Below are positions 17,020 through 26,039 of a stretch of 64,000 bases of DNA, piece after piece. A model generated the notes under the pieces. That model was not told the origin of the DNA and did no database searches. It saw only the letters and a list, made by a program, of their open reading frames with translations. Every line of letters begins with the position of its first letter. Positions within the stretch are counted from its first letter, which is position 1. Source of the DNA: Clostridia bacterium (GTDB lineage Bacteria; Bacillota; Clostridia; Oscillospirales; CAG-272); assembly GCA_017503865.1 (NCBI GenBank), contig JAFVSI010000023.1, positions 7,369 to 71,368 on the forward strand, read 5' to 3'. Position numbers and translations under genes: made by a program.

Positions 17020-18090
17020 TTAATCAAGCTTCATATATCCGTCTTTAACAAGACCTACTTTGCGAAGTATCTCGTTGAATACGAAGGAAAGAAGGGCAGG
17101 GAGCACGAAGCATATGAGGATAAGACCTATCCAATTGAGTGCCGTAACGTCGCCCACGTAGCCGTTCGAGGGATCTATCCAACCGAGGATCATGCCGATA
17201 GGGCCAAGCAGACCGCAAGTGCCCATTCCCGAGTTTATTGCCTCACCGTACATACGGAGACCGAATACGCAAACAGCAAGAGGGCCTGTGAAGGCAGAGG
17301 CAAGTGTAGGAGCAATCCATATCTGCGGATGACGAACGATGTTCGGCATCTGGAGCATACTCGTACCGATTCCCTGTGAAACAAGACCGCCCCACTTGTT
17401 TTCTCTGAAGCTAATAACCGCAAAGCCAACCATCTGTGCACAGCAGCCTGCGACCGCTGCCGCTCCTGCGATTGCAAGACCTTCGTTCGTTACTCCGCCG
17501 TGTGCTAAGGCACTTCCTGTCATAAGGAGTCCCGCACAAATAGCCGCACTCGAGATGGGGAGAGTCAAAACAACACCGATTACTACCGAAATGATTATCG
17601 AAGCTATGAGAGGTGCTTGGAGAGACGCCCAGCCTATAAATGTGCTTATGTATCCTGCAAGTATTCCGATGAGAGGAGCCACGAATATCGAAAGAATACC
17701 GCCGACGAATATCGTGGTAAAGGGAGTTACGAGAATATCGACCTTCGTTTTCTTCGAAACGAGCATTCCAACTTCACTTGCTATAATTGCAATAAAGAAT
17801 ACAGCGAGAGGGCCGCCCGCCTTGCCGAGCGAGTTTGCCGCATATCCGACGGTTGCCGCCGAAAAGACAACAAGAGGGTGAGCACCGAGCGAATATGCTA
17901 TTGCCGCACCCATAGCAGGACCTGCCATAGCTTGTGCAAAGCCGCCAATCTCGGCGAGAATTTCAAGGTTTGGTATCATACCGAGTGCCTTGAATATTGT
18001 ACCAATGAGGAGCGAAGCAAAAAGACCTTGTGCCATAGCTCCCATCGCGTTAATAAAATAACGCTTAAACAGTTTTTTTACGAGTTCCAT
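17020..18090 (-). CDS. polytopic membrane protein, PTS EIIC_2-like family
   Basis: Start ATG 18090 after GGAGG. Gly/Ala-rich with ~10 predicted TM segments. The N-terminus MELVKKLFKRYFINAMGAMAQGLFASLLIG matches my recollection of the PTS_EIIC_2 family. No EIIA/EIIB partner is adjacent. Confidence 0.5.
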   Translation of the reverse strand: MELVKKLFKRYFINAMGAMAQGLFASLLIGTIFKALGMIPNLEILAEIGGFAQAMAGPAMGAAIAYSLGAHPLVVFSAATVGYAANSLGKAGGPLAVFFIAIIASEVGMLVSKKTKVDILVTPFTTIFVGGILSIFVAPLIGILAGYISTFIGWASLQAPLIASIIISVVIGVVLTLPISSAAICAGLLMTGSALAHGGVTNEGLAIAGAAAVAGCCAQMVGFAVISFRENKWGGLVSQGIGTSMLQMPNIVRHPQIWIAPTLASAFTGPLAVCVFGLRMYGEAINSGMGTCGLLGPIGMILGWIDPSNGYVGDVTALNWIGLILICFVLPALLSFVFNEILRKVGLVKDGYMKLD

Positions 18091-18185
18091 TACAATTCCT
18101 CCAAAATTTAATGGGTACAGTATACCACAACGGAATTTTCTTTTCAATCCTTGTCAAATTTTTAACAAACTTTCGACAAAAAGAA

Positions 18186-18210
18186 CAAGGGTGCGATAGA
18201 AACACCCTTG
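18186..18210 (-). terminator. rho-independent terminator of the 18227..19513 gene
   Basis: On the minus strand, CAAGGGTG-tttctatcg-CACCCTTG followed by TTCTTTTT. Confidence 0.65.
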
Positions 18211-18226
18211 CTTTTTATCTATTATT

Positions 18227-19513
18227 TTACTGTTCAAGTGGGTAGATCGTAATTTTTCGTTCTTTACGCGTGAATCCTGTCTTAATGTAATCATCACCTA
18301 CAAGCTGACGTATCTTTGTCATAGTAAGTCGTTTGCCTGTGTATTCTGCAGGTATCTCATCGTAAAGTGCCGTATATATCATATGAGCCCCGATATATCC
18401 AGCAGGAGCCTTGCTGTGATGGTAGGCGTCGTTTTCACAAAATTCCCAATAATTAACGCCCGTAGCGATAATATCGTCTATTTCCTGCTTCCAATCAAGG
18501 AAAATAACGTTTGGATACTGATTCTTTGCATTGGGAATTTGCGGATAACGCTCGTTATGAGCAGGGAATACCACAAGCACCGCACCGCCCTTCTCACAAG
18601 CCTTAAGAAAAGTGTTTATTACGGGAATATCTGCATCGTAATAAAGTCCGCAGAGAAATACCACCGAATATTTACCCTCGCGTATAGGTGAAAGAATTTC
18701 CTCAGTAGCATACACTCTCATAACTGCACCGTTTATAGATTGAATATTGACCACTGTTTTCTTTTTACCTGAAGAGATAAAGTTTTTAAGAAAATCCGAT
18801 ATACCCGAGGTACGAACGAAGCTGTTTCCTATGATAAGTATTTTATCCTTGCCGTTCGATCTCGTCACGGGGATCTTTATGTTACCCTCGCGGTGCTCAA
18901 CTTTGTCTACAGATTCGAGTATATGCTTGGTAGCCGCATCGTCAAGCTCACCGTAGTCGACTTGAAGACGTGAAGCATAGGTCTTTGTGCCGTATTCCAT
19001 TGCGAAGGTGAAAGAGTGACGGTAAATATACTCAGTGTCGGTTTCAATAAGATGTATCTCGTGCTTTGTTGTAATTGCGTTCGACGTTGCTTTTGCTACC
19101 TCGTTGATCTCCTTGACGTTTTTGGGAAGCTCCGAGGTTATTCTGCCTATTTCCTTGCCGTTACGCAAAATGCTGTAGGTTTTCGGTGATTGTTCCGAAA
19201 GAGTCCAATCGGAAGGAATATTTACTGCAATAGCACGTATAGCATCTTCAAAGGAAAATCCTATCTCACGCCAAGACCTTACGGCAGTTCTCTTGATGCT
19301 GTTTATGTCCTGTCGCTCCTTGATTATAGCCTCAGTCTCGTCCTCTTTTTTTGCTGTCTGAGCATCTGTTCCCAATTTATCGTCAGAAGAATTGCCCGAT
19401 TGCTCAGAGTCACTTGAAATGGAGTCGTTGGTAACGTCTTTTTGTGTGCCGATGCAGGATACAGCACAAAAGAGAGTAGTCAGAATAAGAATTAAAGAAA
19501 TAAGTTTTTTCAT
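18227..19513 (-). CDS. lipoprotein with C-terminal SGNH/DUF4886-like hydrolase-fold region
   Basis: Lipobox MKKLISLILILTTLFCAVSC-I. The C-terminal half has ILIIGNSF (block I-like) and ENDAYHHS (DxxH-like). Confidence 0.45.
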   Translation of the reverse strand: MKKLISLILILTTLFCAVSCIGTQKDVTNDSISSDSEQSGNSSDDKLGTDAQTAKKEDETEAIIKERQDINSIKRTAVRSWREIGFSFEDAIRAIAVNIPSDWTLSEQSPKTYSILRNGKEIGRITSELPKNVKEINEVAKATSNAITTKHEIHLIETDTEYIYRHSFTFAMEYGTKTYASRLQVDYGELDDAATKHILESVDKVEHREGNIKIPVTRSNGKDKILIIGNSFVRTSGISDFLKNFISSGKKKTVVNIQSINGAVMRVYATEEILSPIREGKYSVVFLCGLYYDADIPVINTFLKACEKGGAVLVVFPAHNERYPQIPNAKNQYPNVIFLDWKQEIDDIIATGVNYWEFCENDAYHHSKAPAGYIGAHMIYTALYDEIPAEYTGKRLTMTKIRQLVGDDYIKTGFTRKERKITIYPLEQ

Positions 19514-19732
19514 AGTAGTAAATATAAATTTGTGACGTATGGTGGATTGTCTTCGTAATTTTCACAAAGTACATTTCTTTGCGGTGATTCGATTATATCA
19601 CACGGTCAAGTGACTGTCAAGATAAAACCACACATAAATATCGCAATTCTATGTTTCTTACAAATGCAAAACGTTGAATTTGTGTAATTTGAACAATTAT
19701 GGCTTGTAATTATTTAGCTCTGCTGATAGTGA

Positions 19733-20737
19733 TTATCTTCCTATCTGCACAAATCCAAGCTTCTTTTGAACCTTCGAGAGTGTACGGCGGGCAACGTAGG
19801 ACGCTGTCTCAGCACCGTTTTTCATAACCTCCTCAAGGTATGCCTTGTCTTTGAGAAGCTCGTCGAATTTTGCTCTTACGGGAGCGAGTGCGTCGGCACA
19901 GGTCTCACCGACTGCAAGCTTGAAGTCGCCGTAGCCCTTGCCCTCAAATTCACGCTCTATCTCGTCAAATTCCTTGCCCGTAAAGCAGGAATAGATAGTC
20001 ATAAGGTTGTTGATTCCGTCCTTGCCGTCGGCAAAGCGAACACAAGTATCGGAGTCGGTAACGGCTCTCTTGAACTTGCGGATAACTGTGTCCTTATCGT
20101 CAAGAATGTAAACAACGGCGTTTGTGTTCTCGTCGGACTTCGACATCTTCTTGGTAGGATCTGCAAGAGACATTATCTTCTTACCCGACTTTGCTATAAT
20201 GGGCTCGGGCATAGTGAAGGTGTCGGGATAAAGCTGATTGAATCGCTCGGCAATATTTCGCGTAAGCTCAACGTGCTGCTTCTGGTCAACGCCTATCGGA
20301 ACAACGTCGGTCTGGTAGAGAAGGATATCTGACGCCATAAGGGTAGGATAGGTAAAGAGTCCCGCATTTACGTTGTCGGCGTGCTTTGCACTCTTGTCCT
20401 TGAACTGCGTCATACGCGAAAGCTCGCCAAAGCCCGTGAAGCAGTTGAGTATCCACGCAAGCTCTGCGTGCTCGTGAACGTGCGACTGAACGTAAAGGGT
20501 ATTCTTTTCGGGATCAAGACCGCAGGCAATATAAAGAGCGAGAGTCTCGTAGGTGCGGCGGCGAAGGTCGGCAGGGACCTGACGCACGGTTATTGCGTGC
20601 TCGTCAACCACACAGTAGAAGCACATATATTTGTCGGAGTAAGCGGAAAAATTCTTTATAGCTCCGAGATAGTTACCAATAGTAAGGTTTCCGCTGGGCT
20701 GAACACCCGAATAGGAAACGAGTTTGTCCTTAAACAT
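19733..20737 (-). CDS. trpS: tryptophan--tRNA ligase
   Basis: Start ATG 20737 after GGAGG. Motifs SGVQPSGNLTIGNYLGA and KMSKS. Length is ~334 aa. Confidence 0.95.
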   Translation of the reverse strand: MFKDKLVSYSGVQPSGNLTIGNYLGAIKNFSAYSDKYMCFYCVVDEHAITVRQVPADLRRRTYETLALYIACGLDPEKNTLYVQSHVHEHAELAWILNCFTGFGELSRMTQFKDKSAKHADNVNAGLFTYPTLMASDILLYQTDVVPIGVDQKQHVELTRNIAERFNQLYPDTFTMPEPIIAKSGKKIMSLADPTKKMSKSDENTNAVVYILDDKDTVIRKFKRAVTDSDTCVRFADGKDGINNLMTIYSCFTGKEFDEIEREFEGKGYGDFKLAVGETCADALAPVRAKFDELLKDKAYLEEVMKNGAETASYVARRTLSKVQKKLGFVQIGR

Positions 20738-20781
20738 AAATAAAACCTCCAAAAGCACAAAGACGTGCATTGTCATAGGAT

Positions 20782-20839
20782 ATGATATCATATAATCTTT
20801 AAATTGTCAATTGACTTTTTTTCTTTATTATGGTATCAT
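20782..20839. promoter_or_regulatory. back-to-back divergent promoters (trpS and Dabb gene)
   Basis: Minus strand: TTGACA (20805-10 rc), 17 nt, TATCAT (20782-87 rc). Plus strand: TTGACT (20811-16), 17 nt, TATCAT (20834-39). The abutting -35 boxes form the palindrome GTCAATTGAC. Confidence 0.5.
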
Positions 20840-20872
20840 AATAAAAGTAAAACGTTTTGAGGAGAAAAAGCT

Positions 20873-21163
20873 ATGATAAAGCACGTTGTAATGTGGAAAT
20901 TCAAGGAAGAGAATAAAGCTGAAAATCTCAAGAAGGCGAAGGAAATGCTCCTCGCTCTCCCCGCAATCATCGGTGAGCTTAAAAAGATGGAGGTCTACTT
21001 CGATATAACGGGAAGCGATATGTCTATGGATATGATGCTCGACACCGAGTTTCTCTCGGTCGAGGATATGAAGACCTATGCCGTACACCCCGAGCATTTA
21101 AAGGTATCTGCGTTTATCAGAAGCGTTATCGAGAGCCGCGTCGTTCTCGACAGTGAAATATAA
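20873..21163 (+). CDS. Dabb (stress-responsive alpha/beta barrel) family protein
   Basis: 96 aa. MIKHVVMWKFKEE...LKKMEV...SVEDMKTYAVHPEH fits the Dabb family pattern. Confidence 0.8.
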   Translation: MIKHVVMWKFKEENKAENLKKAKEMLLALPAIIGELKKMEVYFDITGSDMSMDMMLDTEFLSVEDMKTYAVHPEHLKVSAFIRSVIESRVVLDSEI

Positions 21164-21185
21164 ATAGGATAAAGGAGAGCTTGCT

Positions 21186-21809
21186 ATGCTTACAATTGAA
21201 AGAGTATCGGTAATGAATATTGAGAACGCCATAAGAGGTGCCCGTAATCCTATGAACAGTTGGGCTAAAATGGACAGCGAATATGACGAAAACGGTAACT
21301 ATCTTCTCGGAGAGAATGACCTTGACCTTGCAAAGCGTCTCGCTCACGCTGGAAGTGACCACCGCAAATTTTTGCGTCAGATATTCGTGAGCGTTGACAT
21401 AACCGCTCCGCTTTATTGGTGGAAGGAATTTGACACCTATAAGGTAGGCACCGTTGCAAACTCCTGCTCGACAATGCATAAGATTCACTCGAAGGCATTT
21501 GAGAGAGACGATTTTTCGCACGACAGACTCGACGAGGGCGGACTTCGTATGCTTGACGCTACGATTGAATATCTTGAGAGTGAGAGACAAAAATTCTGTG
21601 CCGATAAGAGCGACAGACAAAGCTGGCATAATATGATACAGATGCTCCCCTCAAGCTACAATCAGATGAGAACTGTAACGCTCAATTATGAAAATCTTAT
21701 AAATATGTACTATGCGAGAAAGAGCCATAAGCTTGCCGAGTGGCACACCGTTTGCGATTGGATAGCTACACTTCCTTATGCAAATGAGCTTATCCTCATA
21801 AAAGATTGA
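21186..21809 (+). CDS. ThyX-fold protein lacking the ThyX RHR signature (function unknown)
   Basis: By-eye colinearity with thymidylate synthase ThyX. AGSDHRKFLRQIFVSVDITAPLYWWKEFDTYKVGTVANS matches [38 protein letters not shown], and MLPSSYNQMRTVTLNYENLINMYYARKSHKLAEWH matches [34 protein letters not shown]. Confidence 0.55.
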   Translation: MLTIERVSVMNIENAIRGARNPMNSWAKMDSEYDENGNYLLGENDLDLAKRLAHAGSDHRKFLRQIFVSVDITAPLYWWKEFDTYKVGTVANSCSTMHKIHSKAFERDDFSHDRLDEGGLRMLDATIEYLESERQKFCADKSDRQSWHNMIQMLPSSYNQMRTVTLNYENLINMYYARKSHKLAEWHTVCDWIATLPYANELILIKD

Positions 21810-21839
21810 CAAAATTAAAACAAACTTTTATCTAAACTA

Positions 21840-21868
21840 TTGACTTGACGGGTAAAAGAGTGTATAAT
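21840..21868 (+). promoter_or_regulatory. promoter candidate for serC-serA
   Basis: TTGACT (21840-45), 17 nt, TATAAT (21863-68). Confidence 0.6.
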
Positions 21869-21929
21869 CAAATATAAATTTATAAAAAATATTCACCCAC
21901 AGTGGCGAAATAAAAAGAGAGGTTTTATT

Positions 21930-23021
21930 ATGAACAGAGTATTCAATTTCTCGGCGGGCCCTTCCATGCTTCCTTTAGAGGTTCTCGAAAAAGCAGCATC
22001 CGAATTGGTCTGCTACGGCGAATCAGGAATGTCGGTAATGGAGATGTCCCACCGCTCTCCCGATTATGAAGCCATCATCAACGAGGCAGAGGCTATGCTT
22101 CGCCGCCTTATGAACATTCCTGACAACTACAAGGTACTTTTCCTTCAGGGCGGTGCATCTACACAGTTTGCGGCAGTTCCCATGAACCTTATCAAGAGAA
22201 CGGGCAAGGCTGATTACGTTGTATCAGGTCAGTTCTCGGGCAAGGCATTCAAGGAGGCTCAGAAGCTCGGTTATGACGTTAAGTGCATAGCTACAACAAA
22301 AGAGGACAACTTCGATCACGTTCCCGTAGTTACAAAGGATATGATCCGTCCCGATGCAGCATATCTCCATATCTGCTTCAATAATACAATTTACGGTACA
22401 AAGTACGGCTACATACCCGAGACAGGAGATATTCCTCTCGTAGCTGACCTTTCTTCCTGCATTATTTCCGAGCCTATCGACGTTTCTAAGTTCGGCGTGA
22501 TCTACGCAGGTGCACAGAAGAATATGGCTCCCGCAGGACTTACTCTCGTTATAGTTCGCGAGGACCTTCTTGACTATGCAGAAGAGAAGATGCCCACAAT
22601 GCTCGAGTGGAAGACAATGGCTGAAAACGGTTCTATGTACAACACTCCTCCTTGCTACACTATCTATATGGCAAAGCTCGTTTACGAGTGGATCCTTTCC
22701 ATCGGCGGACTTGAGGAGATGAAGGCAAGAAACGTAAAGAAGGCAGCTCTCCTTTACGACTACCTTGACAACCAGAACTACTACATCGCTCCCGTTAAGA
22801 AGGACAGCCGTTCTATGATGAACGTAACCTTCGTAACAGGTGATGCTGAGCTTGACAAGAAGTTTGCAAGCGAGGCAGGCAAGGCAGGTCTCAAGAACCT
22901 TAAGGGACACCGTTCGGTTGGCGGTATGAGAGCTTCTATCTACAACGCTATGCCTTACGAGGGCGTTGAAAAGCTCGTACAGTTTATGAAGGACTTTGCA
23001 GCGGCAAACCCCAAGAACTAA
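21930..23021 (+). CDS. serC: phosphoserine aminotransferase
   Basis: FNFSAGPSMLPLEVL N-terminus, 363 aa, class V aminotransferase pattern, followed by serA. Confidence 0.95.
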   Translation: MNRVFNFSAGPSMLPLEVLEKAASELVCYGESGMSVMEMSHRSPDYEAIINEAEAMLRRLMNIPDNYKVLFLQGGASTQFAAVPMNLIKRTGKADYVVSGQFSGKAFKEAQKLGYDVKCIATTKEDNFDHVPVVTKDMIRPDAAYLHICFNNTIYGTKYGYIPETGDIPLVADLSSCIISEPIDVSKFGVIYAGAQKNMAPAGLTLVIVREDLLDYAEEKMPTMLEWKTMAENGSMYNTPPCYTIYMAKLVYEWILSIGGLEEMKARNVKKAALLYDYLDNQNYYIAPVKKDSRSMMNVTFVTGDAELDKKFASEAGKAGLKNLKGHRSVGGMRASIYNAMPYEGVEKLVQFMKDFAAANPKN

Positions 23022-23050
23022 TTTTTGATTAAGTAACAGAGGACAAGAAA

Positions 23051-24214
23051 ATGAAAAATATACAGTGTCTTAACAAGATAGCCGCTGTCGGCACAGATAA
23101 GCTCGACAAGGCTGTATACAACGTTGGAACAGACGTTGAAAATCCCGATGCTATTATGGTTCGTTCGGCTGCTATGCACGATATGGAGTTCGGCAAGGAG
23201 CTTCTCGCAATCGCACGTGCAGGTGCAGGCGTAAACAATATCCCGATAGACCGTTGCTCTAAAGAGGGAATCGTTGTTTTCAATACTCCCGGAGCTAATG
23301 CTAACGGCGTTAAGGAACTCGCAATTTGTGCTCTTATGCTCGCTTCCCGTAATATCGTTGGCGGTATCGAGTGGGCAAAGACTCTCGAGGGTACTGAGGG
23401 CGTTGCAAAGGCAGTTGAGGCAGGCAAATCCAAATTTGCAGGCGTTGAGATAAAGGGTAAGACTCTCGGTGTTATCGGTCTCGGTGCTATCGGCGGTCTC
23501 GTTGCAAACGCAGCGGTAGCTCTCGGAATGAAGGTAGTTGGATGTGACCCCTTCCTCAGCGTTGAGGCAGCTTGGAACATCGACAGTCAGGTAGTTAAGG
23601 CTGCAACCTTTGACGAGGTATTCAAGGTAGCTGATTACGTAACTCTTCACGTTCCTTCAACTCCCGACACAAAGGGAATGATAAACGCAACAACTCTCGC
23701 AACTATGAAGGACGGAGTTCGCATTATCAACCTCGCCCGTGCAGACCTTGTAAATGCGGCTGACATGAAGGCGGCTCTTGAGTCCGGAAAGATGGCGGCT
23801 TACGTTACCGACTTCCCCACAGAGGACGTTCTCGGCGTACCCGGTGTAGTTGCAATTCCTCACCTTGGAGCATCTACTGCCGAGGCAGAGGACAACTGTG
23901 CAGTTATGGCGGCAGTTCAGCTTGACGATTATCTCCGTTACGGTAACATCAAGAACAGCGTAAACTTCCCGAACGTTGCAATGCCCGTAGTTGCAGGACA
24001 CAAGAGAATTTGTGTTCTCCACGCAAACGTTCCCGCAGTTATCTCGGGTATTACCGCAGTCCTCTCCGAGACAGGTGCTAATATCGAGAATATGATAAAT
24101 AAGTCAAAGGGCGACAATGCTTACACCCTCGTTGACTTCACAGGCGACCTTGCAGACGGTGTGGTTGAAAAGATCACATCTATCGCAGGTGTCGTAAGAG
24201 TAAGAATTATCTAA
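23051..24214 (+). CDS. serA: D-3-phosphoglycerate dehydrogenase with C-terminal ACT domain
   Basis: GKTLGVIGLGAIGG NAD-binding motif, 2-hydroxyacid dehydrogenase pattern, ACT-like tail, serC neighbour. Confidence 0.9.
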   Translation: MKNIQCLNKIAAVGTDKLDKAVYNVGTDVENPDAIMVRSAAMHDMEFGKELLAIARAGAGVNNIPIDRCSKEGIVVFNTPGANANGVKELAICALMLASRNIVGGIEWAKTLEGTEGVAKAVEAGKSKFAGVEIKGKTLGVIGLGAIGGLVANAAVALGMKVVGCDPFLSVEAAWNIDSQVVKAATFDEVFKVADYVTLHVPSTPDTKGMINATTLATMKDGVRIINLARADLVNAADMKAALESGKMAAYVTDFPTEDVLGVPGVVAIPHLGASTAEAEDNCAVMAAVQLDDYLRYGNIKNSVNFPNVAMPVVAGHKRICVLHANVPAVISGITAVLSETGANIENMINKSKGDNAYTLVDFTGDLADGVVEKITSIAGVVRVRII

Positions 24215-24218
24215 AAAT

Positions 24219-24247
24219 AAGGGGCTGACGCCAAGCGTCAGCCCCTT
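24219..24247. terminator. bidirectional terminator between serA and the carboxypeptidase gene
   Basis: AAGGGGCTGACGC-caa-GCGTCAGCCCCTT, flanked by an A-run upstream and T-containing sequence downstream. Confidence 0.7.
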
Positions 24248-24261
24248 GTAGTTTGTATGAA

Positions 24262-24307
24262 GTTCAAATTTTGCAAACCGAAGGGTTATGCCTTTAGGTA
24301 ATTTATC
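24262..24307 (-). repeat. copy A of a ~45-bp intergenic element (minus orientation)
   Basis: The reverse complement reads GATAAATTACCTAAAGGCATAACCCTTCGGTTTGCAAAATTTGAAC. It lies 15 nt 3' of the stop of the minus-strand carboxypeptidase gene. Confidence 0.8.
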
Positions 24308-24322
24308 TACCAACAAAAACAA

Positions 24323-25666
24323 TCAAAAAATTCTATCGATTTTTATTTTTTTATCTTTCTTTTGCATCGCTTTAATTTCATAGGTGAAAAAGTACACGGC
24401 AAAAAGTGCGACAAAAACAATAAGAAATACTATAAATGCTCGGCTGACGAGCATTTTTTTTGCACTTGTCATAAGTGAGAGGAAGGCGTTTGCCTCAACG
24501 TCGTTTGCCGCTACAAGAGTTGCGTTTCCACAGAGCCTTCCGTCAATAAAAATATCAACTCCGCCAAGTGCCTCGCCATTTTTTATGGGGGCAGAATATT
24601 CATCATAAAAGAAATATGGGCGAAGCTCGATATTTTCAAGAGAATTGCTGTCGTAAGGAGCAAAGACTGTTACGTCGTCGGCAACGGTACATTTGAGCAT
24701 ATAAAAATCATCGTCACCGTTGCTGGTAGCAAGCTTTACGGGTATTTTCGTTACGGCGTCTCCCGCATCAATAACGTCAAGCTCTCCGTAATAATTTATC
24801 GTGTGCGAAATAACGTCGTTTGCGATAGTATAAGACAATATTTTACCGTCTTTTTCACCTGCTCCCATAACTATCAGAAGATAGGAAAGTCCATCATATT
24901 CGAATGTCGTGGCAAGACAGTTGCCGCCCTCGTCGGTGTTTCCCGCAATAAGACCTTTAGCCCTCTTGTTGTGGTAGCCTATCGCATAGAAAGAGCCTAT
25001 AAGTCCGTTTCGGTTATGTACCGTAAATCCCTCGCCTCTGTTAACACCGTCTACCTTGTAGCTTGTCTCCGAGCTTATCTCAAGATAAAGAGGGTTTTTC
25101 ATAGCCGCCTTTGCCACAAGCGAGGTGTCGTAAAGAGTTGTCACCGCTTTTTCATCATACCAGCCAGTAGGATTTGTGTAGTGCGTGTCACGTGCCCCAA
25201 GAGAGAGAGCCTTTTCGTTCATCTTTTCTACAAAAGCCGAAATACTACCCGAACTCGCTACCGCAAGGGCATATGCAGCATCGTTGAAGCCGCCGCATAC
25301 AGTTCCGTAAAGCAGGTCTTTGTAAGTCAGAACGTCTCCTACACGCAGTCCCATACTCGTTCCGTTTTTGTTTTTGAGCATATCTCCCGTGAGAGTTATG
25401 CTCTCGTCAAGCCGTTCGCTGACAATATCTATAGCAACGAGTCCCGTCATAATTTTGGTGAGGGAGGCGGGGCATAGCACTTGTGAGTTACCTTTTGAAA
25501 AGATGACCTTGTTATGCTCGGCGTTCCATAGATAGACGACGTTAGCACCCGACACGTCGGGAAAGGCGGGAAGTGCCGACACCGAAAAGCAAAAAGGGAA
25601 GAGCAAGGCAAAAATCAGCAATAGGGATAGAAGCCCCTTTGTAGCTTTATTTCTGCGTTTCGACAT
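24323..25666 (-). CDS. serine-type D-Ala-D-Ala carboxypeptidase (PBP5-like)
   Basis: Start ATG 25666 (MSKRRNKATK), one nt after the ireB stop. Signal/TM segment, SLTKIMT (SxxK) motif, and a C-terminal TM anchor. Confidence 0.85.
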   Translation of the reverse strand: MSKRRNKATKGLLSLLLIFALLFPFCFSVSALPAFPDVSGANVVYLWNAEHNKVIFSKGNSQVLCPASLTKIMTGLVAIDIVSERLDESITLTGDMLKNKNGTSMGLRVGDVLTYKDLLYGTVCGGFNDAAYALAVASSGSISAFVEKMNEKALSLGARDTHYTNPTGWYDEKAVTTLYDTSLVAKAAMKNPLYLEISSETSYKVDGVNRGEGFTVHNRNGLIGSFYAIGYHNKRAKGLIAGNTDEGGNCLATTFEYDGLSYLLIVMGAGEKDGKILSYTIANDVISHTINYYGELDVIDAGDAVTKIPVKLATSNGDDDFYMLKCTVADDVTVFAPYDSNSLENIELRPYFFYDEYSAPIKNGEALGGVDIFIDGRLCGNATLVAANDVEANAFLSLMTSAKKMLVSRAFIVFLIVFVALFAVYFFTYEIKAMQKKDKKIKIDRIF

Positions 25667-25667
25667 C

Positions 25668-25892
25668 TTATTTTTTGCGAGATTCGAAATAATTTTCGAT
25701 AAGTATTTTAAGAAGCTCGTCACGGCTGAGGTGGCGTATCATTCCGCGAGCACCGAGATGGTCGGGAATATAAGTGGGGTCCTCGGTCATAATATATCCC
25801 GCGATCTGACGCACGGGGTCATACCCCTTCGTCTTTATAGCCTCGTAAACTGTATCGAGTATAACGTCGGCATTAGCCTTATTTTCACTCAT
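25668..25892 (-). CDS. ireB: IreB/UPF0297 family regulatory protein
   Basis: 74 aa. VYEAIKTKGYDPVRQIAGYIMTEDPTYI matches the UPF0297 signature. Confidence 0.75.
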   Translation of the reverse strand: MSENKANADVILDTVYEAIKTKGYDPVRQIAGYIMTEDPTYIPDHLGARGMIRHLSRDELLKILIENYFESRKK

Positions 25893-25969
25893 ATAAAATT
25901 CTCCTTTTTAAAGAAAATATATCACTACTCTAATTATACTATAAAACTTAAATTATGGCAACCGTTTTC

Positions 25970-25998
25970 TTGACAAAAGTCTTAATATATATTATAAT
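25970..25998 (+). promoter_or_regulatory. promoter candidate for miaB
   Basis: TTGACA (25970-75), 17 nt, TATAAT (25993-98). Confidence 0.6.
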
Positions 25999-26039
25999 AT
26001 AATATTATACGGAAATAGACGGGAACAAAGAGGAATAGC

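Noticed and set aside
20738-20810. Expected T-box riboswitches upstream of trpS (20738-20810) and glyQS (38430-38571), and a glycine riboswitch upstream of agcS (39970-40056)
   Set aside because: The distances between the predicted promoter or upstream terminator and the start codons are ~40-90 nt. That is too short for these 180-300-nt elements, and no specifier or T-box consensus was seen.
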